Below are positions 19,789-20,000 of a stretch of DNA of 20,000 nt, one piece after another. The translations under genes and the position numbers were made by a program. Location of the stretch: contig NC_057719.1 in assembly GCF_004010195.1 (NCBI RefSeq), forward strand, positions 1,483,657 to 1,503,656, given 5' to 3'. How positions within the stretch are numbered: position 1 is the stretch's first letter; the number at the start of each line of letters is the position of its first letter. The notes under the pieces were generated by a model. It was not told where the DNA came from. It searched no databases and worked only from the letters and a program-made list of their open reading frames with translations. Source of the stretch: Chiloscyllium plagiosum (taxonomy: Eukaryota).

Positions 19789-20000
19789 TGCAAAACTTGT
19801 GCCCACACCTCCCCCCCTCACTTCCCTCCAAGGCCCCAAGGGATCCTTCCACATCCGTCAGCAATTCACCTGCACTTCCACACACATCATTTACTGCATC
19901 CACTGCACCTGATGTGGCCTCCTCTACATTGGGGAGAATGCAGATTTCTCCAGCTTTCTCATTCTCCCCCCCCCCCACCTTATCTCCGTCCCAACCCTCA
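19789..20000 (+). mobile_element. Neptune-type PLE fragment (linker/GIY-YIG start, then 3' region after a deletion), runs off window
   Basis: 19789-19927 aligns closely with 14940-15075 (tgcaaaacttgtgcccacacctcc...catcatttactg...ctcctcta) and continues to YIGE. Confidence 0.85.

Overview
Vertebrate non-coding DNA (intronic or intergenic), very likely from a cartilaginous fish. The shark assignment is inferred from repeats resembling HE1 SINE, DeuSINE (SacSINE1-like) and shark-type CR1. I could not support any host protein-coding exon. Roughly half the window is retroelement debris. It holds two clades of Penelope-like elements (PLEs: RT plus GIY-YIG endonuclease): a Poseidon-type copy at 2095-3420 and Neptune-type copies at 8197-9910, 13687-15412 and 19789-20000. 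There are also many 5'-truncated CR1 LINEs, tRNA-derived SINEs and three N gaps, all inside repeats. The most notable hidden structure is RNA-level: six minimal type-I hammerhead ribozyme motifs (CUGANGA...GAAA-CG-UC) in PLE pseudo-LTRs. Three short (about 85-190 bp) non-coding pLTR-only insertions carry their own target-site duplications (TSDs), one forming a MITE-like foldback. A three-level nested insertion (CR1 > PLE > CR1) can be resolved to the base. PLE hammerheads are known biology. The ORF-less mini-elements and the ORF/ribozyme overlap are the parts most worth following up.
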